Positions 51,912 through 64,000 of a DNA stretch of 64,000 bases are shown in pieces (position 1 is the stretch's first letter; each line of letters starts with the position of its first letter). Under the pieces are notes generated by a model, which was given only the letters and a program-made list of their open reading frames with translations, ran no database searches and was not told where the DNA came from. This DNA comes from Nemertoderma westbladi. Lineage: Eukaryota > Animalia > Xenacoelomorpha. Location: positions 1 through 64,000 of the forward strand of contig JAUCBJ010005021.1 of assembly GCA_032718475.1 (NCBI GenBank), written 5' to 3'. The translations under genes were made by a program, and so were the position numbers.

Positions 51912-54030
51912 ACAATCGGCCTGCTGCATTGAAGCTGCATATTGAGATGCTTTGCTGGCTTGAAAAAATAACTTTTGCCACCACTATGCCATCCATAGTT
52001 GGCATGCCCAATGCAGCGTGCTTTAAGAATGCTATGCCGGTATATCGAAAAAATTTCACCGCCACAACTCCCTATCCACAATGACTGTGCAGCTAATTTT
52101 GCTGTACATTTTAATTTAAATCTTTTGGTTATGGGAATTTACTGGATGTAAAATAAATTACCTGGTTAGGATTTACCAGAGCAAATAGCTCTTGTTTGGA
52201 ATAGAAACAGATCGCTTTAATCTCAATCTTTTACTGGAATTTGTTATGCAGGAATTGGAATCTAGAGAGTCATTGGCCTTTTCTGCTTCTTTAACTAAAT
52301 ACATAAAATAAAATAAATAAAATAAAATTATGTAATACTACAGTATGGAGTGACTCTATGTGTGCACTTGGATGGATTCGTAAAGGCCCATCTAAACGAG
52401 ACGTCTTTGTATTAAACAGGGTAACTGAAATAAATGACATAACTGAATCCTACCAATGGATGTTCCCTCAGAGTTAAATCCCGCAGATGTACCTTCCCGT
52501 GGGAGTAGTTTAATAAACCTTCAGTCTAATTCTCTCTACCTAAATGGTCCAGAATTCATAAATGAACCTGAATCATCATGGCCAATTGAGCCAACACCAC
52601 CTCCTTAACTACTGACATTAGAAGTTCCACATCCAATATCAGAATGGAATGTTCAAAGAATCAATGATTATTCATTCCTTCATGGACAAACCAGTTAGAG
52701 TTCTTGCATGGGTATCGCGCTTCTGCCATAATGCACGCACATCATTATGACAAACTCACTGGTTCATTGAGTACTAAAGAAATTCAAAACTCACTCAGTC
52801 CACTAATCAAAGTTCAACAATATGTCCATTATCCAATGGAAATGGGACATCTTATGGTCAAACCAAACTCTCCAATCCCACGACATTCTTCTCTTTGCAA
52901 CCTACGGCCAATTATACACCAAGGTTTGCTTGCAATGCAGCCAAGGACTGGCGAACAACCACTTCCTATTTTACCACGCCATAGTTATCTTACTAAACTT
53001 ATTGTTAGTCACTTTCATTGTGGACTTTCATTGGCACAGGTCAGGACCCAGTACTGGGTACCACATGGTCGTTCTATAATACGTAAAATGGTTCATGAAT
53101 GTCGTCCATGTCGTCGATATCCGTCTCAGCCATTAATGTACCTGAGTCTGTCTTACAACCCTTGAGTAAACCTCTTGTCCCCTTCCCTGTCACAGGCCAC
53201 TCTTCTTCTTCCACTACGTCCACTTCTTTGGCCCTCTATTTACTAAAGATGGTTCCACCAAAGCCCAATGTCACACATACACCTGTGCATCGATCAGAGC
53301 CATCCACTTGGAACTTGTGAAGACTGCTGATACCAAGACAAGAACTCCAAACCTGGTTCTCCTGGTTTCTTAACTAAGAGAGCTGCCCCCTTATTCCTTA
53401 TTCCAACCAATCCGATGAGACAATAATATATGATGGAATTGTTCACCGTGGGGGTGTAGCAAGCAAATCCACACCCATACCATCCTCCTCTACCTCTACG
53501 TCCAATAAAATTGTTGTAAAGAAAGAGGTTGTAACTCCGAAATCAATTACAGATGTCAAACTAGTTAGCACCAAACCTTATAAGACATCTCATGGTCGAC
53601 TAGTTCACCCTCCCAAAAGATACCGGTACTGAAACTAATGCTGTAATGCACTAATGATTGTTTTGGCTTTGAGCCTATGTCAGTATGAATCAAGAATGTT
53701 TAATTGATTGTTTATGCTTTCCTTTTAACCTACCTACTTTCTTATTGATTGTCACTGTGTCAATTATTATTTTCTGGGTTGCGTTATACTTACTGCTTGC
53801 TTCAATACTAATAGCCTAGCATCTAGGCTTATAAATATTAGGGTCAAATACCCAAATTGCCGATACAATGACTTTCGCGAGATTATCAGCATCTTCAAGG
53901 CCAGTCTGCCAGTATCCTTTAGGAGGCGTCTCAAGAAAGTCATGGGCTGTTTATTCACTACATAAGGCCGCTAAAACGCAATATCATGCACATGCATGTC
54001 CTCACGGCGAAAGCAATGTCCTGCAAAGAG
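51912..54030 (-). mobile_element. RTE 3' fragment (same family as the 43394 insert), split by BEL-3
   Basis: 54030-53868 and 52085-51912 together match the 43400-43650 sequence. Confidence 0.8.
52086..53867 (+). mobile_element. Internally deleted BEL/Pao relic of a different family (BEL-3)
   Basis: TG...CA ends, 5-bp TSD ATGAC (52081-52085, 53868-53872) and the remnants FVLNRVTEI, NPADVPSRG, NGPEF, VRTQYWV..CRPC and RAIHLELV. Confidence 0.75.
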
Positions 54031-54119
54031 GAGGCGGCTTTGTTCAGGTGTTAAGCTTGGGGGAACCAATAAGACACCTCCAATGTTATATAGTGTCTGT
54101 TTGGAGATGTGTGCATTCT

Positions 54120-54760
54120 GAATTGTACTTGACACAGTGAGTCCAGCGTAGCATTAACTATAAATAACAGTCCATTAATATCAACGCCAGGCCACCGACT
54201 CAAATCGAGATCGACCAATACCAACATCTGGATTCCATAGACTTCTCTACACCCACTCTAGATGTACCCAAAGTGTCGCAAATAGTAGGGATGGATTGTC
54301 CACAGCACATGAAAGGCTAGAGACAATCTTGGTGACAAAAAGGATGAGGATCCAGTCGTGATCTAACACCATTTGGGTGGAAAGTGAGTGGACCCTTAAA
54401 GACCAGAATACCATTCAATATACCGGAGACAATCGGAATGTATGCTGAGGGGGCAGGAACATTGAGAGATCTGGAGGAGGAGACAGCGCAAGATCAACTA
54501 AGGAGAATGTTGCGGCAAGATTTTGATGGATTAAAGGAAATTAAAATTGGTACATCGAGGGTAAACAAGCCGACAAAGTTTTAAATAGTCAATGAGCTGT
54601 GAAGATGGTAGATACCAAATATACACTAACTTTTTATTGTAGCGAGTGCTTAAAGACGGCCAAGGCCAAGCACGGTAGGGTTGAGCACAGTGGCAGCATA
54701 TGATGGTATTGACAGATAGATGGGAGGCCATGAGGAGGTAACTTGCGGACATACAAGGTA
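54120..54760 (+). mobile_element. BEL/Pao protease-region relic
   Basis: Degenerate LDT...IVGMD...TPFGWKVSGP, the typical BEL post-protease motif. Confidence 0.5.
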
Positions 54761-54792
54761 TCAGATAGTATTTCCAGGTCTATCTTTTACCT

Positions 54793-54865
54793 GAGCCGTT
54801 AGCTAAATGGATAGAGCGTCGGACTTCCAACCCGGAGGTCACCAGTTCGATCCGACATGGACGTG
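54793..54865 (+). pseudogene. tRNA-like sequence (tRNA pseudogene or SINE head)
   Basis: A box TAGCTAAATGG, D-arm AGAGCG, anticodon-like loop CTTCCAA and B box GTTCGATCC. The acceptor and T stems do not pair properly. Confidence 0.6.
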
Positions 54866-55601
54866 ATTGCCAAATTTATTTGCCAATTTACACATTTCAA
54901 ATTCCATTTTGTGTCGCAAAACCAGGTAATTAATTATAGGAAGTTATTTTTTCGGTACCGGTACCTACTTTTTTTAAAATCATTTTACCTATTTTTTAAA
55001 TCATTTTACCTATTTTTTTAAATCATTTTACCTATATTTTTTCAAATTATTATTTTTTACCTATAAATGTTATGACATCCAGATCGTCGACTATCAACTG
55101 GCAGACTGGTAACCTGAGTTGCTGAGTTAACCATAACCGAGAGAAAACACTTATAGAGAATAATGTTGACAACTTGTCAACTTCAGTACATTTTACTGCC
55201 AATTACTGAATTAAAGGACTATTATTTGATTAAAATAAAGTAAGCGCAAAACATAGCGTTTTTCATTCATTTTCAATTTAGCGAAATTCAAATCAGTCAT
55301 TCTGTAGGATCTGAGTTCTATATTCTTACCATGTACAAGTACCGGTACTGTACAGTACGACGGAAGATTGTGTGAGCAAACTTTACACTTGTACAGTAAT
55401 ATAAAATTCGTTTAAAAAATACTTTTTTTTTAATTACAGCAATTGATGGATAGGAGCAGGTTATATGGGTAGGCTTATCTAACCAAAACAATAAACAATC
55501 AAATTACCAATTGAGGGAAAGGACCAGGTTACGTTACAGATGCAAGTTTTTCTAACCAAAACAATAATCGATCACCACACCAATTTTGTTTCCCTAACTT
55601 C

Positions 55602-55782
55602 TGGCAACTATTATAGCATCCTATAGTTGCGATTGTTTCCCCGTTGTGGCAACTATAACATCTGTTGTGGCGATTGTTTCCCTCGTTGTGGCAACTATAG
55701 CATCTGTTGTGGCGATTATTTCCTCCGTTGTGGCCACTATAACATCTGTTGCGGCAATTGTTTCCCCAGTTGTGGCAACTAC
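55602..55782 (+). repeat. Short seed array of the 42-bp satellite
   Basis: About four gttgtggcaactatagcatct-gttgtggcgattgtttcc units, separated from the main array by ~270 bp of unique DNA. Confidence 0.85.
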
Positions 55783-56050
55783 AGTAGTTGATTGATGAGC
55801 CTCTGCATTTATACGATACGGGCTTGGCACCGTTTTTTGTCTTCTTCAAGAATGTAAAACACAAAAAGCTGCATTACTGTAATTATTGTTTCGTATAATC
55901 GTACATACAGTATTGTATATGGATATATAAACACAATAATACATTGATAGCACAAACTTATTATGGATTAATTTAAGCACGACAAATATATATCAATACA
56001 GATTATCAGTAGTTTTAACTAAATCAATGTTCGTAAACGTTAGGGAAACA

Positions 56051-59000
56051 GTTGTGGCGATTGTTTCTCCCGTTGTGGCAACTCTTGTTGCATCTTTTGT
56101 AGCGATTGTTTCCCGCGCTGTGGCAACTATAGCATCTGTTGTGGCGATTGTTTCCTCCATTGTGGCAACTATAGTATCTGTTGTGGCGATTGTTTCCACT
56201 GTTGTGGCGATTGTTTCCTCTGTTGTCGCGATTGTTTTCCCCGTTGTGGCAACTATAGCATCTGTTGTGGCAATTATAGCATCTGTTGTGGCGATTTTTC
56301 CTCCGTTGTGGCAACTATAGCATCTGTTGCGGCGATTCTTTCCTCCGTTGTGGCAACTATAGCATCTGTCGTGGCGATTGTTTCCTCCGTTGTGGCAACT
56401 ATAGCATCTGTCGTGGCGATTGTTTCCTCCGTTATGGCAACTATAGCATCTGTTGTGGCGATTGTTTCCTCTGTTGTGGCGATTTTTTCCTCTGTTGTGG
56501 CGATTGTTTCCCCCGTTGTGGAAACTATAGCATCTGTTGTGGCTATTCTTTCCTCCGTTGTGGCAACTATAGCATCTGTTGCGGCGATTCTTTCCTCCGT
56601 TGTGGCAACTATAGCATCTGTCGTGGCGATTGTTTCCTCCGTTGTGGCAACTATAGCATCTGTCGTGGCGATTGTTTCCTCCGTTATGGCAACTATAGCA
56701 TCTGTTGTGGCGATTGTTTCCTCTGTTGTGGCGATTTTTTCCTCTGTTGTGGCGATTGTTTCCCCCGTTGTGGAAACTATAGCATCTGTTGTGGCGATTG
56801 TTTCTCCCGTTGTGGCAACTCTTGTTGCATCTTTTGTAGCGATTGTTTCCCGCGCTGTGGCAACTATAGCATCTGTTGTGGCGATTGTTTCCTCCATTGT
56901 GGCAACTATAGTATCTGTTGTGGCGATTGTTTCCACTGTTGTGGCGATTGTTTCCTCTGTTGTCGCGATTGTTTTCCCCGTTGTGGCAACTATAGCATCT
57001 GTTGTGGCAATTATAGCATCTGTTGTGGCGATTCTTTCCTCCGTTGTGGCAACTATAGCATCTGTTGCGGCGATTCTTTCCTCCGTTGTGGCAACTATAG
57101 CATCTGTCGTGGCGATTGTTTCCTCCGTTGTGGCAACTATAGCATCTGTCGTGGCGATTGTTTCCTCCGTTATGGCAACTATAGCATCTGTTGTGGCGAT
57201 TGTTTCCTCTGTTGTGGCGATTTTTTCCTCTGTTGTGGCGATTGTTTCCCCCGTTGTGGAAACTATAGCATCTGTTGTGGCGATTCTTTCCTCCGTTGTG
57301 GCAACTATAGCATCTGTTGCGGCGATTCTTTCCTCCGTCGTGGCAACTATAGCAGCTGTCGTGGCGATTGTTTCCTCCGTTGTGGCAACTATAGCATCTG
57401 TCGTGGCGATTGTTTCCTCCGTTATGGCAACTATAGCATCTGTTGTGGCGATTGTTTCCTCTGTTGTGGCGATTTTTTCCTTTGTTGTGGCGATTGTTTC
57501 CCCCGTTGTGGCAACTATAGCATCTGTTGTGGCAATTATAGCATCCTGTAGTTGCGATTGTTTCCTCGTTGTGGCAACTATAACATCTGTTGTGGCGATT
57601 GTTTCCCCCGTTGTGGCAACTATAGCATCTGTTGTGGCGATTGTTTCCCGCGTTGTGGCAACTATAGCATCTGTTGTGGCGATTGTTTCCTCCGTTGTGG
57701 CAACTATAGCATCTGTCGTGGCGATTGTTTCCTCTGTTGTGGCGATTGTTTCCCCCGTTGTGGCAACTATAGCATCTGTTGTGGCAATTATAGCATATGT
57801 TGTGGCGATTCTTTCCTCCGTTGTGGCAACTATAGCATCTGTTGCGGCGATTGTTTTCTCCTTTGTGGCAACTATAGCATCTGTCGTGGCGATTGTTTCC
57901 TTCGTTGTGGCAACTATAGCATCTGTCGTGGCGATTGTTTCCTCCGTTGTGGCAACTATATCATCTGTTGTAGCGATTGTTTCATCTGTTGTGGCGATTG
58001 TTTCCTCTGTTGTGGCGGTTGTTTCCCCCGTTGTGGCAACTATAGCATCTGTCGTGGTGATTGTTTCCTCCGTTGTGGCAACTATAGCATCTGTCGTGGC
58101 GATTGTTTCCTCCGTTGTGGCAACTATATCATCTGTTGTAGCGATTGTTTCATCTGTTGTGGCGATTGTTTCCTCTGTTGTGGCGGTTGTTTCCCCCGTT
58201 GTGGCAACTATAGCATCTGTTGTGGCAATTATAGCATCTGTTGTGGCGATTTTTCCTCCGTTGTGGCAACTATAGCATCTGTTGCGGCGATTGTTTCCTC
58301 CGTTGTGGCAACTATAGCATCTGCTGTGGCGATTGTTTCCCCCGTTGTGGCAACTATAGCATCTTTTGTGGCAATTATAGCATCTGTTGTGGCGATTCTT
58401 TCCTCCGTTGTGGCATCTATAGCATCTGTTGTGGCAATTATAGCATCTGTTGTGGCGATTCTTTCCTCCGTTGTGGCAACTATAGCACCTGTTGCGGCGA
58501 TTGTTTCCCCCTTGTATGGCAACTATAGCTTCTGTTGTGGCGATTGTTTACTCCATTGTGGCAACTATAGCATCTGTTGTGGCGATTGTTTCCTCCGTTG
58601 TGGCAACTATAGCATCTGTTGTGGCAATTATAGCATCTGTTGTGGCGATTCTTTCCTCCGTTGTGGCAACTATAGCATCTGTTGCGGCGATTCTTTCCTC
58701 CGTTGTGGCAACTATAGCATCTGTCGTGGCGATTGTTTCCTCCGTTGTGGCAACTATAGCATCTGTCGTGGCGATTGTTTCCTCCGTTATGGCAACTATA
58801 GCATCTGTTGTGGCGATTGTTTCCTCTGTTGTGGCGATTTTTTCCTCTGTTGTGGCGATTGTTTCCCCCGTTGTGGAAACTATAGCATCTGTTGTGGCGA
58901 TTCTTTCCTCCGTTGTGGCAACTATAGCATCTGTTGCGGCGATTCTTTCCTCCGTTGTGGCAACTATAGCAGCTGTCGTGGCGATTGTTTCCTCCGTTGT

Positions 59001-62000
59001 GGCAACTATAGCATCTGTCGTGGCGATTGTTTCCTCCGTTATGGCAACTATAGCATCTGTTGTGGCGATTGTTTCCTCTGTTGTGGCGATTTTTTCCTTT
59101 GTTGTGGCGATTGTTTCCCCCGTTGTGGCAACTATAGCATCTGTTGTGGCAATTATAGCATCCTGTAGTTGCGATTGTTTCCTCGTTGTGGCAACTATAA
59201 CATCTGTTGTGGCGATTGTTTCCCCCGTTGTGGCAACTATAGCATCTGTTGTGGCGATTGTTTCCCGCGTTGTGGCAACTATAGCATCTGTTGTGGCGAT
59301 TGTTTCCTCCGTTGTGGCAACTATAGCATCTGTCGTGGCGATTGTTTCCTCTGTTGTAGCGATTGTTTCCCCCGTTGTGGCAACTATAGCATCTGTTGTG
59401 GCAATTATAGCATATGTTGTGGCGATTCTTTCCTCCGTTGTGGCAACTATAGCATCTGTTGCGGCGATTGTTTTCTCCTTTGTGGCAACTATAGCATCTG
59501 TCGTGGCGATTGTTTCCTCCGTTGTGGCAACTATAGCATCTGTCGTGGCGATTGTTTCCTCCGTTGTAGCAACTATATCATCTGTTGTAGCGATTGTTTC
59601 ATCTGTTGTGGCGATTGTTTCCTCTGTTGTGGCGGTTGTTTCCCCCGTTGTGGCAACTATAGCATCTGTCGTGGTGATTGTTTCCTCCGTTGTGGCAACT
59701 ATAGCATCTGTCGTGGCGATTGTTTCCTCCGTTGTGGCAACTATATCATCTGTTGTAGCGATTGTTTCATCTGTTGTGGCGATTGTTTCCTCTGTTGTGG
59801 CGGTTGTTTCCCCCGTTGTGGCAACTATAGCATCTGTTGTGGCAATTATAGCATCTGTTGTGGCGATTTTTCCTCCGTTGTGGCAACTATAGCATCTGTT
59901 GCGGCGATTGTTTCCTCCGTTGTGGCAACTATAGCATCTGCTGTGGCGATTGTTTCCCCCGTTGTGGCAACTATAGCATCTTTTGTGGCAATTATAGCAT
60001 CTGTTGTGGCGATTCTTTCCTCCGTTGTGGCAACTATAGCATCTGTTGTGGCAATTATAGCATCTGTTGTGGCGATTCTTTCCTCCGTTGTGGCAACTAT
60101 AGCACCTGTTGCGGCGATTGTTTCCCCCTTGTATGGCAACTATAGCTTCTGTTGTGGCGATTGTTTACTCCATTGTGGCAACTATAGCATCTGTTGTGGC
60201 GATTGTTTCCTCCGTTGTGGCAACTATAGCATCCGTTGCGGCGATTGTTTCACCCCTTGTATGGCAACTATAGCATCTGTTGTGGCGATTGTTACCTCCG
60301 TTTTGGCAACTATAGCATCTATTGCGGCCATTGTTTCCTCCGTTGTGACAACTATAGCATCTGTTGTGGCGATTGTTACCTCCGTTTTGGCAACTATAGC
60401 ATCTATTGCGGCCATTGTTTCCTCCGTTGTGACAACTATAGCATCTGTTGTGGCGATTGTTTCCTCCGTTGTGGCAACTATAGCATCTGTTGCGGCGATT
60501 GTTTCACCCCTTGTATGGCAACTATAGCATCTGTTGTGGCGATTGTTACCTCCGTTTTGGCAACTATAGCATCTATTGCGGCCATTGTTTCCTCCGTTGT
60601 GGCAACTATAGCATCTGTTGTGGCGATTTTTCCCTCCGTTGTGGCAACTATAGCATCTGTTGTGGCGATTGTTTCCCCCGTTGTGGCAACTATAGCATTT
60701 TTTGTGGCAATTATAGCATCTGTTGTGGCGATTGTTTCCTCCGTTGTGGCAACTATAGCATCTGTTGTGGCGATTGTTTCCTCCGTTGTGGCAACTATAG
60801 CATCTGTTGTGGTGATTGTTTCCACCGTTGTGGCAACTATAGCATCTGTTGTGGCAACTACAGCATCTGTTGTGGCGATTGTTTCCCCCCTTGTATGGCA
60901 ACTATAGCATCTGTTGTGGCGATTGTTTCCTCCGTTGTGGAAACTATAGCATCTGTTGCGGCGATTGTTTCCTCCGTTGTGGCAACTATAGCATCTGTTA
61001 TTGCGATTGTTTCCCCCCTTGTATGGCAACTATAGCATCTGTTGTGGCAATTGTTTCCTCCGTTGTGGCAACTATAGCATCTGTCGCGGCGATTGTTTCC
61101 CTCCTTGTATGGCAACTACAGCATCTGTTGTGGCGATTGTTTCCTCCGTTGTGGCAACTATAGCATCTGTTGTGGTGATTGTTTCCTCCGTTGTGGCAAC
61201 TATAGCATCTGTTGTGGTGATTGTTTCCACCGTTGTGGCAACTATAGCATCTGTTGTGGCAACTATAGCATCCGTTGCGGCGATTGTTTCACCCCTTGTA
61301 TGGCAACTATAGCATCTGTTGTGGCGATTGTTTCCTCCGTTGTGGCAACTATAGCATCTGTTGCGGCCATTGTTTCCTCCGTTGTGACAACTATAGCATA
61401 TGTTGCGGCGATTGTTTCCCTCCTTGTATGGCAACTATAGCATCTGTTGTGGCGATTGTTTCCTCCGTTGTGGCAACTATAGCATCTGTTGTGGCGTTTG
61501 TTTCCTCCGTTGTGGCAATTATAGCATCTGTTGCGGCGATTGTTTCCCCCCTTGTATGGCAACTATAGCATCTGTTGTGGCGATTGTTTCCTCCGTTGTG
61601 GCAACTATAGCATCTGTTGTGGCGATTGTTTCCTCCGTTGTGGCAACTATATCATCTGTTGTAGCGATTGTTTCATCTGTTGTGGCGATTGTTTCCTCTG
61701 TTGTGGCGGTTGTTACCTCCGTTTTGGCAACTATAGCATCTGTTGCGGCGATTGTTTTTTCCTTTGTGGCAACTATAGCATCTGTCGTGGCGATTGTTTC
61801 CCCCCTTGTATGGCAACTATAGCATCTGTTGTGGCGATTGTTTCCTCCGTTGTGGCAACTATAGCATCTGTTGCGGCGATTGTTTCCCCCCTTGTATGGC
61901 AACTATATCATCTGTTATTGCGATTGTTTCCTCCGTTGTGGCAACTATAACATCTGTTGTGGCGATTCTTTCCTCCGTTGTGGCAACTATAGCATCTGTT

Positions 62001-64000
62001 GCGGCGATTGTTTCCCCCTTGTTTGGCAACTATAGCATCTGTTGCGGCGATTGTTTCCCTCATTGTATGGCAACTATAGCATCTGTTATTGCGATTGTTT
62101 CCTCCGTTGTGGCAACTATAGCATCTGTTATTGCGATTGTTACCTCCGTTTTGGCAACTATAGCATCTGTTGCGGCGATTGTTTTTTCCTTTGTGGCAAC
62201 TATAGCATCTGTCGTGGCGATTGTTTCCCCCCTTGTATGGCAACTATAGCATCTGTTGTGGCGATTGTTTCCTCCGTTGTGGCAACTATAGCATCTGTTG
62301 CGGCGATTGTTTCCCCCCTTGTATGGCAACTATAGCATCTGTTATTGCGATTGTTTCCTCCGTTGTGGCAACTATAGCATCTGTTGTGGCGATTCTTTCC
62401 TCCGTTGTGGCAACTATAGCATCTGTTGCGGCGATTGTTTCCCCCTTGTTTGGCAACTATAGCATCTGTTGCGGCGATTGTTTCCCTCATTGTATGGCAA
62501 CTATAGCATCTGTTATTGCGATTGTTACCTCCGTTTTGGCAACTATAGCATCTGTTGCGGCGATTGTTTTTTCCTTTGTGGCAACTATAGCATCTGTCGT
62601 GGCGATTTTTTCCCCCCTTGTATGGCAACTATAGCATCTGTTGCGGCGATTGTTTCCCCCCTTGTATGGCAACTATAGCATCTGTTATTGCGATTGTTTC
62701 CTCCGTTGTGGCAACTATAGCATCTGTCGCGGCGATTGTTTCCCTCCTTGTATGGCAACTATAGCATCTGTTGCGGCGATTGTTTCCCCCCTTGTATGGC
62801 AACTATAGCATCTGTTATTGCGATTGTTTCCTCCGTTGTGGCAACTATAGCATCTGTTGTGGCGATTGTTTCCTCCGTTGTGGCAATTATAGCATCTGTT
62901 GCGGCGATTGTTTCCCCCCTTGTATGGCAACTATAGCATCTGTTGTGGTGATTGTTTCCTCCGTTGTGGCAATTATAGCATCTGTTGCGGCGATTGTTTC
63001 CCCCCTTGTATGGCAACTATAGCATCTGTTGTGGCGATTCTTTCCTCCGTTGTGGCAACTATAGCATCTGTTGTGAAGATTGTTTCCCCCCTTGTATGGC
63101 AACTATAGCATCTGTTGTGGCGATTGTTTCCTCCGTTGTGGCAACTATAGCATCTGTTGTGGCGATTGTTTCCTCCGTTGTGGCAACTATAGCATCTGTT
63201 GTGGCGATTGTTGCCTCCGTTGTGGCAACTATAGCATCTGTTGTGGCGATTGTTTCCTCCGTTGTGGCAACTATAGCATCTGTTGCGGCGATTGTTTCCC
63301 CCCTTGTATGGGTACTATAGCATCTGTTATTGCGATTGTTTCCTCCGTTGTGGCAACTATAGCATCTGTTGTGGCGATTGTTTCCTCCGTTGTGGCAACT
63401 ATAGCATCTGTTGTGGCGATTGTTTCCTCCGTTGTGGCAACTATAGCATCTGTTGCGGCGATTGTTTCCCCCCTTGTATGGCAACTATAGCATCTGTTGT
63501 GGCGATTGTTTCCTCCGTTGTGGCAACTATAGCATCTGTTGTGGCGATTCTTTCCTCCGTTGTGGCAACTATAGCATCTGTTGCGGCGATTGTTTCCCCC
63601 TTGTTTGGCAACTATAGTTTCCCCCTTGTTTCTTCCATTGGGGCAACTATCATCTGTTTTGGCGATTGTTTCATCCGATGTGGCAACTATAGCATCTGTT
63701 TTGGCGATTGTTTCATCCGTTGTGGCAACTATAGCATCTGTTGCGGCGATTGCTTCCCCCTTGTTTGGCAACTATAGTTTCCCCCTTGTTTCTTCCATTG
63801 GGGCAACTATCATCTGTTTTGGCGATTGTTTCATCCGATGTGGCAACTATAGCATCTGTTGCGGCGATTGTTTCCCCCTTGTTTGGCAACTATAGTTTCC
63901 CCCTTGTTTCTTCCATTGGGGCAACTATCATCTGTTTTGGCGATTGTTTCATCCGATGTGGCAACTATAGCATCTGTTTTGGCGATTGTTTCCCCCTTGT
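56051..64000 (+). repeat. 42-bp (21+21) satellite array, runs off the window
   Basis: Consensus GTTGTGGCAACTATAGCATCT GTTGTGGCGATTGTTTCCTCC, with higher-order periods of 252, 737 and 1617 bp and a 44-bp variant distally. Confidence 0.97.

Noticed and set aside
55993-63895. Long Cys-rich, hydrophobic or mucin-like (TTEETIATTDAIVA) ORFs on both strands
   Set aside because: They are a by-product of a stop-free 21-bp unit. Frequent 1-2 bp indels shift the frames, and there is no unique coding context.
56051-64000. CRISPR-like regular repeats
   Set aside because: There are no unique spacers or cas genes, and the context is eukaryotic.

Overview
This is eukaryotic, probably invertebrate, repeat-dense DNA with no recognisable host gene. 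It is dominated by two related BEL/Pao (Belpaoviridae) LTR retrotransposons. BEL-2 (35618-51241) is a complete 15.6-kb element with a CAGAT target-site duplication (TSD), near-identical LTRs, a disrupted gag-pol, no tRNA-type primer-binding site (PBS), a structured post-pol region and a decayed extra ORF. BEL-1 (<1-8467) is a derivative whose single open ORF keeps Gag and protease but has lost RT, RNase H and integrase through frame-preserving deletions. Around them lie nested RTE LINEs (one full length with a 12-bp TSD), CR1/L2 and Penelope fragments, several MITEs, transposase relics, two further BEL relics and tRNA-like heads. From about 55.6 kb onward there is a >8-kb 42-bp (21+21) satellite with higher-order structure. 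All alignments and domain calls were made by eye.
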